63,850 nt of DNA, filler included, from Chiloscyllium plagiosum (GCF_004010195.1; 6 parts of one record of this genome joined end to end with filler, not necessarily neighbours in it); one strand, 5' to 3'; positions 24,233-37,224 are shown, numbered from the whole stretch's first letter. Notes: generated from the sequence alone by a model not told the origin. Numbers and translations are program-made.

Positions 24233-26482
24233 GATTTTGCTGCTCGTCGATGCTGCCTGAATTACTGTGCTCTTCCAGCACCACTGATCCAGAATCTGGT
24301 TTCAGCATCTGCAGTAATTGTTTTTACCTTGTATAGAACATTGGTTAGGCCACTTTTGGAATGTTGCGTGCCATTCTAGTCTCCATCCTATTGGAAAGAT
24401 GTTGTGAAACTTGAAACAGTTCAGAAAAGATTTACAACTATGTTGCCAGGGTTGGAGGATTTGAGCTATCGGGAGAGTTGAATAGGCTAGGACTGTTTTT
24501 CCTGGAGTGTTGGAGGTTGATGGGTGACCTGGTAGAGATTTATAAAATAATGAGGGGCATGGATAGGATAAATAGACAAAGTCCTTTTCCTTGGGTGGGT
24601 CAGTCCAAAACGAGAGGCCATAGGTTTAGGGTGAGAGGGGAAAGACATATAAAGAGACCGAAGGGGCAACTTCTTTCACACAGAGGGTGGTATGTATAGG
24701 GAATGAGCTGCCAGAGGAAGTGGTGGAGGCTAGTATAATTGCAACACTTCAAAGGCATTTGAATGGGAACATGAATAGGATAGGTTTGGAGGGATATGGG
24801 TTCAGTACTAGCAGGTGGGACTGCATTGGGTTGGGTTATCTGGTCAGCATGGACGAGTTGGACCGGAGGGTCTGTTTCCAAGCTGTACATCTGTGACTGT
24901 ATGACTAAGTATAGTAGGTAAGGCAGATGAACGTAGGGCTTGGATTAGTACCTGGGAGTATGATGTTATTGCTATTACTGAGACTTGGTTGAGTGAAGGG
25001 CATGATTGGTAACTAAATATCCCAGGATAGAGATGCCAGGTTAGAAAGGGAGGTAAAAGGGTTGGAGGAGTTGCATTACTGGTCAGAGAGACTATCTCAG
25101 CTGTGCTGAAGTAGCACACTACGGAAGACTTGAGCAGTGAGGCAATATGGGCAGAGCTCAGAAGTAGGAAAGGTGCAGTAACAGTGTTGGGGTTGTACTA
25201 CAGCCTCCCATCAGTGAGCATGAGCTAAAGGTACAAATATGTAAACAGATTATGGAAAGATGTAGGAGCAACAGGATCGTGATGATAGGAGATTTTAGTT
25301 TTCCCAGCATTGATTGGAAATCACTTAGTATTAGAGGTCTTAGATGGAGCAGAATTTGTAAAGCATCCAGGAGGGTTTTCTGGAGCCGCATGTAAATAGT
25401 CCAACTAGGGAAAGGGCTATACAGGGCCTGATGTTGGGGAATGAGCCCGGCCACGTGGTTGAAGTTTCAGTAGGGGATTATTTTGGGAATACAGATCACA
25501 ATTCTGTAAGTTTTGCAAAACTCATGGACAAAGTTGACAGTGATCCTAAAGAAAGTGTGCTAAATTGGGGGAAGGTCAACTCTACCAAAATTCAGCTGGA
25601 GCTGGGGAATATAGATTAGGAGCAGCTGTTTGAAGGAAAGTCCACATTTGATATGTGGGAGTCTTCTAAAGATAGGTTGATTAGAGTTCAGGAGAGATAT
25701 GTTCCTGTGAGAATGAGGGACAGAAATGGCAAGATTAGAGAACCATGGTTGACAGGTGAAGTTGAGTCTGGGTAAGAGGAGAAAAGATGTATACATAAGG
25801 TCTTCGTGACTGAAAATAGACAACGTTTTGGAAGAATATCAGAAATGTCGGACCAATCTTAAACCAGGAACTCGAAGGTTAAAAGGGGTCATGAGATATC
25901 TTTAGCAAACAGGGTTAAGGAAAATCCCAAAGCCTTTTATTCATATGTAAGGAGCAAGAGGGTAACTCGAGAAAGGGTTAGCCCACTCAAGGACAAAGGA
26001 GGAAAGATCTACATGGAGTCTCAGAAAATGGGTGAGATTCTTGATGAGTACTTTGCATCGGTATTCACCGAGGAGAGGGAGGGATGTTGAGGATGGGAAT
26101 AGATGTTGATTACTCTAGAGCAAGTCGGCATAAGGCGGGAGGAAGTGTTAGGTATTCTAAAAGGCATTAAGGTGGATAAGTCCCCAGGTCCAGATGGGAT
26201 GCTGAGGGATGCGAGAGAGAAAATAGCTGGGGCCTTAACAGATATCTTTGCAGTATCTTTGAACATGGGTGCAGTCACGGAGGACTGGAAAATTACTAAT
26301 GTTGTCCCCTTGTTTAAGAGGGGTAGAAGGGATAATCCAGGTAATTATAGGCCAATGAGCCTGACGTCAGTGGTCGAGAAGCAGCTGGAGAAGATACTGA
26401 GGGATAGAATCTATTTGCATTTGGAAGAAAATGACGTTATCAGTGAGAAGCAATGTGTTTTTTTTAGGGAAGGTTATGTCTT

Positions 26483-26694
26483 AGCAGAAAGTGAGGACTG
26501 CAGATGCTGGAGATCAGAGCTGAAAATGTGTTGCTGGAAAAGCGCAGCAGGTCAGACAGCATCCAAGGAACAGGAGAATCGACGTTTCGGGCATAAGCCC
26601 TTCTTCAGGAAGAAGGGCTTATGCCCGAAACGTCGATTTTCCTGTTCCTTGGATGCTGCCTGACCTGCTGCGCTTTTCCAGCAACACATTTTCT
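26483..26694 (-). mobile_element. Palindromic mini-Penelope insertion (inverted termini) with 15-bp TSD
   Basis: Inverted arms 26522-26606 and 26609-26693; TSD GGAAGGTTATGTCTT at 26468-26482 and 26695-26709. Confidence 0.9.
26581..26608 (-). ncRNA. Minimal hammerhead ribozyme motif, intact core
   Basis: Minus strand reads CUGAAGA-A-GGGC(UUAU)GCCC-GAAACGUC. Confidence 0.8.
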
Positions 26695-26971
26695 GGAAGG
26701 TTATGTCTTCCCAACTTAATAAACAAAGTTGATTCATCAGGGAAAGGCTGTAGATGCTGTATACATGGACTTCAGTAAGGCTTTTGATGAGGTTCCCCAT
26801 GGTAGACTGAAGGAGAAAGTGAATGCAAATGGAGCCCAGGGGGTACGAGCTAGATAGATAAAGAACTGGCTGGATGACAGGAGACAGAGAGGAGTAGAGT
26901 TATGGAGTCATTGAGATATATAGCACAGAAACAGGCTCTTCGGTCCAACTTTTCCATGCCGCCCAGATTAT

Positions 26972-27289
26972 GGGCGGCACGGTGGCACAGTGGTTAGCAC
27001 TGCTACCTCACAGCGCCAAAGACCCGGGTTCAATTCCCACCTCAGGCAACTGTCTGTGTGGAGTTTGCACATTCTCCCTGTGACTGCGTGGGTTTCCTCC
27101 GGGTGCTCCGGTTTCCTCCCTCAGTCCGAAAAAGTACAGGTTAGGTGAATTGGCCATGCTAAATTGCCCGTAGTGTTAGGTGAAGGGGTAAACGTAGGGG
27201 AATGGGTCTGGGTGGGTTGCTCTTCAGCGGGTCGGTGTGGACTTGTTGGGCCGAAGGGCCTGTTTCCACACTGTAAGTAATCTAATCTA
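26972..27289 (+). mobile_element. HE1 V-SINE, full length, nested in an antisense CR1 3' end
   Basis: Closely matches 2949-3272. Confidence 0.92.
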
Positions 27290-27700
27290 GTCCCATTTGC
27301 CAGTATTTGGCCCATATCCCTCCAAATCCTTCCTATTCATATACCCATCCAGATGCCTTTTAAATGCTTATTTGTACCAGTCTTCACCACTTCCTCTGAC
27401 AGCTCATTCCATTCCCGCATCATCCTCTGCATGAAAAACTTGCCCCTTACGTATCTTTTATATCTTTCCGTTCTCACCCTGAACTGATGCCATCTAGTTC
27501 TGGACTGCCCCACCCCAGGAAAAAGACCTTGCTTGTTTATCCTAGCCATGCCCCTCATGATTTTATAAACCTCCATAAAGTCACCCCTCAGCATCTGACA
27601 CTCCAGGGAAAGTAGCCCCAGACTATTCAACCTCTCCCTGTAGCACATATCCTCCAAACCTGGCAACATCCTTGTAAATCTTTTCTGAACCCTTTTGAGT
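27290..27700 (-). mobile_element. CR1 3' end (its tail lies at about 26900-26970)
   Basis: RVQKRFTRMLPGL...RGDFMEVYK...WNELSEEVV. Confidence 0.9.
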
Positions 27701-28904
27701 TTCACTTGAAGACAGTTTCCCAAAATGACGAATTGTGACCTGTGGTGTTCCACAGGGATCTGTGCTGCGACCATTGCTGTTAGTGATAAATGATTTGGAG
27801 GACAGTATAGGTGGTTTGATTAGCAAGTTTGCAGACGACAGCGAGATTGGTGGAGTAACAGATAGTAAAGGTGACTGCGACAGAATATAGCAGAATATCG
27901 AGAGATTGGAGAGTTGGGCAGAGAAATGGCAGATGGAGTTCAATCAGGCAAATGTGAAGTGATACATTTTGGCTTTCCTTTGTAGGGGTGTTGAGTACAG
28001 AGTTGGCAGGTCATGTTACAGTTGTATAAGGCTTTGGTTCGCCCACATTTGGAATACTGTGTGCACTTCTGATCATCACATTACCAAAAAGATGTGGATG
28101 CTTTGGAGAGAGTGCAGAGCAAGTTCACCAGGATGTTGCCTCGTATGGAGGGTACTAGCTATGAAGAGAGATTGAGTAGATTATGATTATTTTCATTAGA
28201 AAGACGGAGGTTGAGGGGCAACCTGATTGAGGTCCACAAAATCATGAGAGGTATAGAGAGGGTGAATAGCAATACACTTTTTCCCAGAGTGGGCAACTCA
28301 GTTAGTCAGGGCCATGAGTTCAAAGTGAGAGGAGAAATGTTTAGGGGAGATATGCATGGAAAGTTCTTAACGCAGAGGGTGATGGGTGCCTGGAACGCGT
28401 AGCTAGCAGAGGTGGTAAAGAGGGATATGATAGTGTCATTTAAGATTTATCTTAACATCTATATGAATGGGCAGGGAGCAGAGGGATACAGGTCCTTAGA
28501 AAATAGACAACAGATTTAGATAGAGAATCTGGATCGGCACAGGCTTGGAGGGCCAAAGGGCTTGTTTCTGTGCTGTAATTTTCTTTGGTTTTTTTGTTAT
28601 TCTTTTACCTGTCAACCATGAGGAACCTTGACAAACATTTTACTGAAGTTGATATAGAATCATGCCTACCTCTCTGCCCTCATCAATCCTCTTTTTTACT
28701 TCTTCAAAATACTCAATCACATTTGTGAGACATGATTTCCCACGCATAAAGCCATGCTGACTATCCCTAATCAGTCCTTGCCTTTCCAAATCCATGTAAA
28801 TCCTGTCCCTCAGGAAACCCTCCAACAACTTGCCCATCACCCGATGTCAGGCTCACCAGTCTGTAGTTCCCTGGCTTTTCCTTACCACCTTACTTTAATA
28901 GGCT

Positions 28905-29082
28905 ATCTTGATGATCAGAGCTGAAAATGTGTTGCTGGAAAAGCGCAGCAGGTCAGGCAGCATCCAGGGAACAGGAGAATCGACGTTTCGGGCATAAGCC
29001 CTTCTTCAGGAATGAGGAAAGTTTGTCCAGCAGGCTAAGATAAAAGGTAGGGATCCAGCAGGCTAAGATAAAAGGTAGGGAT
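28905..29082 (-). mobile_element. Penelope-like terminus (family A), intact hammerhead at 28982-29009
   Basis: Minus strand CTGAAGAAGGGCTTATGCCCGAAACGTC; 28-bp tandem duplication at 29027-29082. Confidence 0.88.
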
Positions 29083-29297
29083 CATTAAGGGGCCCTATTT
29101 TCTCCTTGGTTAACTGTTTGTCCTTGATGTATTTATAAAAGCTCTTTGAATTCTCCTTTGCCTTGTTCGCCAAAGCTGTCTCATGTCCCCTTTTTGCCCT
29201 CCTGATTTCCCTCTTAAGTATACTCCTACTGCCTTTATACTCTAAGGATTCACTCAACCTCTCCTGTCTATACCTGACATACGCTTCCTTCTTTTAC

Positions 29298-29572
29298 TGG
29301 CCCAAGACCATCCAAAGTAAAAGAGGAGCATCTGGGAAGACGTCCAGCACATCGAGACTTGCCATTGGGAGAAAGTAGAAGCCAGGTGTAAACAGCAAAA
29401 GGAACATGCTGCCAACTCGACAACCCACCCGGCCCGTCCCGTCCTGTGAGCACCTATTGCCCCACGTATTAGCCACCTCGATCAGTTCAGACACTTACGG
29501 ACTCATCCTGAGAATGGAAGAGAGTCATCATCATCTGCAAAGAACCACCTATGATGATGGTGATGAATGAAT
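29298..29572 (+). mobile_element. RTE-clade LINE 3' end
   Basis: AQDHPK.KRSI..V..E....E..RCKQQK and C-terminal HLRTH, then a (TGA)n tail. Confidence 0.6.
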
Positions 29573-32500
29573 GTCATAGAGTCCTTGAGTAATACAGCAT
29601 GGAAACAGGCCCTTTGGCCCAAGTGGTCCATGCTGACAAAGGTGCCCACTCAGCTAGTTCCAAGCCACATTTGGTCCATATCTCTCTAAACCCTTCCCAT
29701 CCATGGACATATCCCAATGTTTTTTTAAGTGTTGCTATTGTACCTGCCTCAACCACTTTCTCTGGCAGCACAATCCATATACGTACCATTCTCTGCATGA
29801 AGACGTTGCCCTCAGGTCCTCATTAAATCTTTCCACTCCCACCTTAAACCTATACCCTCTAGTTTTCAATTCCCTATCCCCAGGATGGGGAAAAAAAGCA
29901 TCCTATTTCTGCCATGATTTTGTACACCACAATAAGGTTGCCCTTCATTCCAGTAAATTAGTTAACATGACTACCTTTCACAAACCCATGCTGCATCTGC
30001 CTAATGGGACAGTCTCTGTCTAGATGTCTTGCTACTGTTTCCTTGATTATAGATTCAAGCATTTTCTAGACTACAGAAGTTTAGCTAACAGGCCTGTAGT
30101 TACATGCATCTTATTTGCCTCATTTTTTAAAGAGTAGCGTCCCAACCCATGGACTGCAGTGGTTGATGAAATCAGCTCACCATTACCTTCTTAAGGGCAA
30201 CTTGGGACAGACAATGAATGTTGGCCCCATTAGTAAAACCCACATGTTACAAGTGAATAACGCAAAATGTCAAATCATTCCACACTTTTACACTGATTCA
30301 CTGTCTCAAATGAAAGCACAATCATACACTGGCTTATATACAGGCCCACCATCACGCAATTCCTCACGAGGACTCATACTTTCATACACTCCCACATATG
30401 GAGAACCCATCAAGAAAGAAAATGCAGCACAGGAACAGGCTCTTGGTCCACTCAAGGAGGCAAAAGTGAGAACTGCAGATGCTGGAAACCAGAGTTTAGA
30501 TCAGAGTAGTGCTGGAAAAGCATGCCCGAAATGTTGATTTTCCTGCTCCTTGGATGCTGCCTGACCTGCTGTGCTTTTCCAGCACTATTGATTTAAACTC
30601 TTGGTCCACTCATGCTGACACATGATACTTTTCCAAATGAAAAACATTTTGTTTCTACATGGTCCATATCCCTCTATTTCATGCCTTTAAAAGATGCCTC
30701 TTAAATGTCTCTTTTTGTGTCTTCTTCCACCACCTTCTCTGGCAGTATATTCAAGGTACTTATTAACCTCTGTGTAATAAACCTGCCTCTCACATCTTTA
30801 AACTTAATCCCTTTTACCTTAAATCTATGTCAATGAGAGATTGACATTTCTAACCTCTGAAAAAGACTCTCAACTATCCATTCTATCTGTGCCTCTCATA
30901 ATTTTGTCAACTCTGTCAGATCATCCCTCATCCTTTGATGCTGAAGTGAAAGTAAACCAATTTCCTTCGATCTCTGTTCATAGATAATACCTCCAAACCG
31001 CACAACATCCTGGTAAACCGTTTCCTTGTAACTCCTTCAGAGTCCTTATCATAGTGTGGTGACCAGAACTGTACAATATTCCAAATGTACTAAACGTCTG
31101 TACAGTTGCAACATGTGCCCTGACCGAGGAAGGCAAGCATGTCATATGATTTCTTTACCACCTTATTCATTATGTTGCCACTTTCAGGAAACTGTACACC
31201 TATACACCTCTGACCGTTTAACTTAATGCTTCAAAAGGTTCTAGAATTAACTGTATACTTCACTTCTGAATGAGATATTCATAAATGAAACACTTTGCAT
31301 TTGTCCAAATCAAACACCATCTGCCATTTCTCTGCCCAAATCTCCAGCCTATCTTTAACTTGCTGTATCCTATTAGCAAATTAATTCTGTTTTTATCAGT
31401 GAGCTGAATATGTATCTTATTACGTAGGGAAGTTGTAACCAATTCACTTACTTGTCCTGTGGCAATCTTCCTCATTATCTGTGGCTCCCCTAATATTTCT
31501 GTTCTGCAAACTTACGAATCAGGCCATCTCCATTTTTATCCAACTCGTTTACTTTAATTACAAATGACAGGGGTCCAAGCCCTGCTGAAGACCACTGATC
31601 AGAGATTTCCAATATGAAAAACAGCCTTCCACTACTGTGACTAAGCCATTTCTTATTCATGTTACCAGCTCACCGTGGATCCCTTGTGAATTCATCTTCT
31701 GTATCAGTCTGCCTTCAGGAAGCTCATTAAAGGCTTTCCTAAAGTCCAAAGAGACAGCACCTATTGCCCTGCCCTCAAACATCTAAATTCTGGAATGTTG
31801 AGCTACCAGTTTTGTCCTGCTCTCAACCAAGACTCTGCAATAGCTACAACATCATAGTCATATGCTGTTAATCCAAGTTCTAAGTTCATTCACCTCACCT
31901 GTGATGCCCCTCACATGAAAACAAATTCACTTCAAACCACCAGTCTTGCCGTGTTCAGTAGCCTTGTATACTCTTCCTCAGTCTTTGTGACCTTAGTTTC
32001 TCACACCTCCTCAGTCATTTTACTTGCTGACTTGCTCTGGTTCCTGCATTCCTGCCATATTAGTTTAAACCCGCCTGAGTGACACTTGGAACCTCCCTGC
32101 CAGGAGATTGGTGCTCCTCCAGTTTAGGTGCAACCTGTCCTTCTTGTACAGCTCCCTCCTACCCCAGGAGACATGCAATGATCCACTCTAGCTCTTTAGC
32201 CATGTATTTAACTGTACTATCTTCCTATTCAGAGCCTCATTGGCACATGGCACAAGAAGTAATCCCAAGATTACAATCTTGGAAATCATCCTTTTCAATC
32301 TTCTATCTAACTCTCTGAACTCCCTTTGTGGGGCCTCATCTGTCTTTTTGTATATCTCTGGCTTTTCATCCACCCCTTCAGAACGTCAAGTGCCTGCTCA
32401 GTGCTGGCATCAGGGAGGCAACATACCATCCTGGAGTCTCTTTTGCGGCCACAGAAATGCCTATCTGTGTCTCTGACCAAAGAAACCCTTATCACTCCTC

Positions 32501-33480
32501 TACACTTTGACAATCCCTGCCATGCAACGGTGTCAGTCATAATGCTGGTGATCTGGTTTCTGCTGTCCCTTAAGAGGGAGCCCTCACCACCCCAACCAGC
32601 AACAGTATCCAAGCATTTTCCTGCTTGAGAGAGAAATGGCTGCAGTGTACTCCTGCACTGCCCATTTTGAACTTTATCAATTGCAGATAATAATCCAGAA
32701 ACTAATATCAACATGCTCTTTCCATTACCCACATCTACCTGTGTGAATATCGATATAAAGTATGTGTTAAGGACCTCACCTTCTTCCAACAGTTCCACAC
32801 ATTAATTCCCCCCTTTGTCCTTGAGTGAACCTATCCTTTCCCTAGCTATCCCCTTGTTCCTAATTTCCCAATAATGTCCCTGCCACTGGTGTAAGATTCA
32901 TCAGCCAATAATTTCGTGGATTATCCCTGTGACTGTTCTTGACTATTCTTCAGTCTTTTGGAACCTCACCTGTGGCGAAAGAGGACACAAAAATCTCGGT
33001 CAAGGCCTCCTCCCTCGTCCTTTACAGTATCCTGGGATAGATCCCTTCAGGCCCTGGGAACTTAACTGTATTGATGTTTTTCAACACAACACCTTCTCCA
33101 TTTTATTATCCACATGCCCCAGAAAATGAACAGATCTCCCTATAATCTTACCATCATCCATGTCCTGCTCCTTGGTGAATACCGATTTGAAGTACTGATT
33201 AAGAAGCCACCCAATTCCTTCAGCTCCACACATAAATTCTGTCTTTTGTCCTTGAATAGAACTATCTTTTCCCTTATTACCCTCTTTCTACTAATACATA
33301 TGTAACATGCCTTGGGATTCTCCTTAGCCCGATTTGCCAAGAACATTTCATGACCCCTTTTAGCCCTCCTATTGCTTGTTTAAATTGATTCCTGCTTCCT
33401 TTATTTTCCTCAAGGGCCTTATCAGATTTTAGTTTTCTAAACCCCATCTGCTTCCTTTTTCTTTGACTAATGCTTGCAGC
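29573..33480 (-). mobile_element. Patchwork of antisense CR1 fragments (3' ends, RT, APE, ORF1)
   Basis: QRMVRIWIVLPEKVVEAG; ORF1 RMVCCLPDA at 32040-32650; AKENPKACY..ISRKR. Confidence 0.8.
30455..30597. mobile_element. Fold-back mini-Penelope insertion with 15-bp TSD
   Basis: TSD CTCTTGGTCCACTCA at 30440-30454 and 30598-30612; terminal sequence in both orientations. Confidence 0.82.
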
Positions 33481-33599
33481 TACTTTTGTTATCAGCCTAT
33501 TCCAGGCACATTTCTAACCTGATCACCCGTAACTCGGTGTCAGGTTCGACTGAAGAAGAAAGAAAGTGCTGAGGCCTCATTTTGCTTGTTGATTCTTAC

Positions 33600-33762
33600 C
33601 TTGGACAGCCACCATTTCTTTAACCTGCTAGAGATCTTGCACTTGCAATCTTGGCTTTCTTCATAAATACCTTCGCGAAGAAATAGGCCAATACCGGGAC
33701 CATTAAAGCTGGTGCCATGATCGCAACACTCAGAACAATCGGGTTAGGTTTACTTCCTGGAA
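33600..33762 (-). CDS. ADAM-family metalloprotease, transmembrane exon
   Basis: Acceptor attattcctcAG, donor AG|GTAAGA; phase 1 reads (V)PGSKPNPIVLSVAIMAPALMVPVLAYFFAKVFMKKAKIASARSLAG*, a hydrophobic helix plus basic stop-transfer residues; joins in frame to the EGF exon; TAA at 33620-33622. Confidence 0.8.
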
Positions 33763-34065
33763 CTGAGGAATAATGGGTCAGATTACAATTGACAGAACTG
33801 AAGTGTCAAGTTGGCTGAGCCTGAAAGAACATTGCTGAAAGAGTATGTCTGTGTCTTTTGTGGGAGGGTGGATAAACCTAGAGGAAATAATTTACTTATC
33901 ATCATACTCACAATTCTACCTGTTGCATGTGTGTTGGTCCGTGATAGTTGTGGTGTCAGTTAGAGTGACCACTCCATAATCCTTGTGGAGATGGGACCAT
34001 CAGAAATAGCAACAGGAGTAGGCTGTTTCGTCCTCGAAACTGCTCCATTATTCAGTAGGATCATG

Positions 34066-34294
34066 ATGTGGAGGTGTCAGTATTGGATTGGGTTGGACAG
34101 TCAGAAGTCTCATGGAACCAGGTTATAGTCCAAAAGGTTTATTTGAAATCACAAGCTTTTAGAGTGCTGCTCCTTCATCAAGAGAAGTTAATCCCAAGCT
34201 TTCAGACTTCACCTGATGAAGGAGCAGTGCTCTGAAAGCTTGGGATTTCAAATAAACGTGTTGGACTATAATCTGGTGTCATGTGTCTTCTGAT
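34066..34294. mobile_element. Fold-back Penelope-like insertion (family B) with hammerhead motifs on both strands
   Basis: Plus strand CTGATGA-A-GGAGC(AGT)GCTCT-GAAAGCTT at 34213-34241; mutated inverted copy at about 34152-34182; TSD AGTAGGATCATG at 34054-34065 and 34295-34306. Confidence 0.82.
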
Positions 34295-34378
34295 AGTAGG
34301 ATCATGCATCATCTGATACTCTTCCCTGCCTGTTCCCCAAAACCCTTGATCCCCAACTTATCATGAATCTATCTCAGC

Positions 34379-34884
34379 TTAAAAATGTGTTGCTGGAAAA
34401 GCGCCGCAGGTCAGGCAGCATCAAAGGAGAAGGAGAAGGCATAAGCCCTTCTTTGGAATGAGGAGGGTGTGCCAAGCAAGCTAAGATAAAAGGTAGGGAG
34501 GAGGGACTTGGGGGAGGGGCGTTGGGAATGAGATAAGTGGAAGGAGGTTAAGGTGAGGGTGATAGGCCGGAGAGGGGGTGGGGGCGGAGAGGTCGGGAAG
34601 AAGATTGCAGNNNNNNNNNNNNNNNNNNNNNNNNNNNNNNNNNNNNNNNNNNNNTTAATTAATTAANNNNNNNNNNNNNNNNNNNNNNNNNNNNNNNNNN
34701 NNNNNNNNNNTCCCTCCTTCCTACCTTTTATCTTAGCCTGCTTGGCACACCCTCCTCATTCCAAAGAAGGGCTTATGCCCGAAACGTCGATTCTCTTTTT
34801 CTTTGATGCCACCTGACCTGCGCTTTTCCAGCAACACATTTTTAAGCTCTGATCCCCAGCATCTGCAGTCCTCACTTTCTCCGA
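34379..34884. mobile_element. Penelope-like element (family A) with inverted termini spanning a gap
   Basis: TSD ATGAATCTATCTCAGC at 34363-34378 and 34885-34900. Confidence 0.85.
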
Positions 34885-37224
34885 ATGAATCTATCTCAGC
34901 CTTCCAAATGTACCAAAGGTCTCTGTTCCCACAACTCTGTGGCAAGGGGATCAAAAAACTCAAACTGTCTGAGAAAAGAAATTCCTCCTCATTTCAGTGT
35001 TAAGTTGGCAACCCTTAAATCTGCGACTATGCCCTCTGGTCCTAGACTCTTCTAGGGGAAGAGAGGGACAGCATCTCTCACAATGTACCCTGTCAAGCCC
35101 CTTAAAATCATATTTTAAATGAGATCCCCTCCCATTCTTCCAAATTCCAATGAGTAGATGAACCTTTTCTCAGATGACAATCCCTCCATATAGGTGATCA
35201 CCCTAATGAATCTTCTCTGATCTGCTTTCAACGAATTGTCTTTTTTACCAAATTCAAGGGGACCAAAATTTCTCATAGTACTCCAGATGTTATCTCACCA
35301 GCACCTTGTGCAGTTGGAGTAAGACTTCCCTACTCTTATACTAAAACTTGTTGAAATAAGGACCAATATTCCATTGGCCTCCTGATTATCCACTGCACGT
35401 GTGCTGACTTCCTGTGTTTCTTACAGAAGTTGACTCAAGTGCCTTTGTGTTGCAGCTTTCTGCAGGTTTTCTGTATTTAAATAATGCTGTTCTTGTGTTC
35501 TCCCTTCTGAACTGAACAACTTTGCACTTTGCCACAATGTCCTCCATTTGCCAAATCTTTGTCTACTTACTTAACCTTTCTGTATCTCTCTGTAAACTGT
35601 TTTTATCCCTCTCGCATTTTGACCTACCACTTAATTTTGTCGTATTAGTAAATTTCCTCCAATTCATTGATATAGGTGAAAACATTTGTGGTTCCAGCAA
35701 TGAACCTTGTGGAACTCTTCCAGATACAGGCTGTCAACCTGAAAAAAAGGAATCCGTTATCCCCACTCACTGTTTCCCATACATGAGGCAATTCTCTCTT
35801 CACATCAGTATACTACCTCCAACACCTCTGTGGGCTCTTATCTTACGACGTAAGCTTTTGAGAGTTGCCTTATCAACTCTTGAAGTGTTAATACAACACT
35901 TCATATGGATCACCCCATCCACTTTATTGAGACCCGCTTAAAAACTCTCATAAATTAGTCAGACACGATGTGCTTTTCAAGAAGCCACTGACTCAGCTTG
36001 ATTTTCCAAATGTTCTGCTAATAGTTCCTTATTGCAGCAAACCTTTTATGAACTGGCACGTGTGCGCCCAGGTGTTTGCCATTGATCAAATATTCTGAAT
36101 AATCATGATGTCCACATAATCAATGTACAAACACACATTAAGTGACAGAAGCATAATGCAGGGGTGTACACATCACTGTTATACTTTAATTACAACATAA
36201 ATCACTAAATAATAACACAAATTTGCCTTAAATAAAAACTCTCTCTTACGCTACACGGACTATTTGGAGATCATGATAATACAGTAATCTTCTGTTATAT
36301 AATTTTTGCTAGTTTATTGAGAGGGCTGGTTCATTATATGCCAGTTAAAACAAAGTTTGCTGTTTTACCTCCATCAAGATGGGGTTTTATCTAAGGAAGT
36401 AGCATCAATGATGGTACCTCATCAAATGGATTCTGAAAATCCAAATATATTACATCCAGTATGTTTCCTTCATCTATCCTACTTATTAACTTCTTCAAAG
36501 ATTTCCCATAAAGTTTTTAGACATGATGTCCCCTTCATGAAGCTGTGCTGACTCTGCTTGATCACATATTTCCAAATGCTCTGCTGTTACATCCTTTACA
36601 ATACAATCTATGTTCTTTTCTCCCCAAAATCAAACATTAAGTCAACTGGCCCTTGGTTGTCTGTTTTTGGCTTCTTCCCTTTTTCAAATAAATGAGTTAC
36701 ATTGGCAGTTTTCCAATTCTCTGGGATTTTTCCAGAATGTGAGGATTCTTGGATGATAACTGTTACTCTGTCCGATACGTATGCAGCTACTTCATTTAAT
36801 ATCTGAAGTTCATCTCATTATGTCGAGGGGACTGATCTGTCTCTAATCCCATTAGATTATTGAGCACTTTTTGTCTTGTGAAAATTATAGTAATCATTTC
36901 TTCTCCTCCTTTTGCCCTTTCTGTATTTAGTTTTTTGGAATGTTACTCTGACATTGTGTTATTTATGGTATTTGAGGAGAAAAGGCTCAGAATTGAATCA
37001 GCTGTTGATATTTTGTGTGGCCATTTAAGTGAACAATAAGTATATCTTCATGGCAAATTTTAAAACGGAGCGATAATAAGTGGATAAAATAATTTGGTAA
37101 ATTTTGCGGTATTTGAGGTAAATAATTTTTGCTGGTTTATCAAGAGGGCTGTTTCATCCAGTGTCAGTTAAAGTGAAGTTTGCTGTAATTAATTCCAATC
37201 CTATTCTGATAATAGGAGAAGATG

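Larger units (their letters stand above)
23869..24329 (+). mobile_element. Penelope-like element (family A): RT fragment, gap and terminus
   Basis: FYLLPKNHKPDHPGRPIVSACSCPTE is the PLE RT N-terminal motif; TSD TGTA(C/T)AGAACAT at 23857-23868 and 24330-24341. Confidence 0.9.
22810..24905 (+). mobile_element. CR1 ORF2 RT to 3' end, interrupted by a PLE
   Basis: PGNYRPV.LTSVVGKLLE, QHGF, YMDFSKAF, GVPQGSVLGPLLF, KFADNTK. Confidence 0.95.
24906..28600 (+). mobile_element. Near-complete CR1 ORF2 (APE plus RT), decayed, with nested insertions
   Basis: YDVIAITETWL, GDFSFP.IDW, DHN, KSPGPDG, PGNYRP, YMDFSKAF, PQGSVL, KFADD, RRRLRGNLIE. Confidence 0.93.
33998..35990 (-). mobile_element. Decayed CR1 (3' end to RT) hosting two PLE insertions
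   Basis: Antisense CR1 tail and RT text resumes on both sides of each TSD. Confidence 0.7.

Noticed and set aside
33600..33762. TM exon as part of an immune receptor (TCR, MHC or NK receptor)
   Set aside because: It lacks their conserved TM motifs and splices in frame to an ADAM EGF exon
33912..33995. Possible extra exon between the EGF and TM exons (minus-strand GTGAGT at 33906-33911)
   Set aside because: No acceptor gives an open, phase-compatible frame, and the two known exons already join in frame
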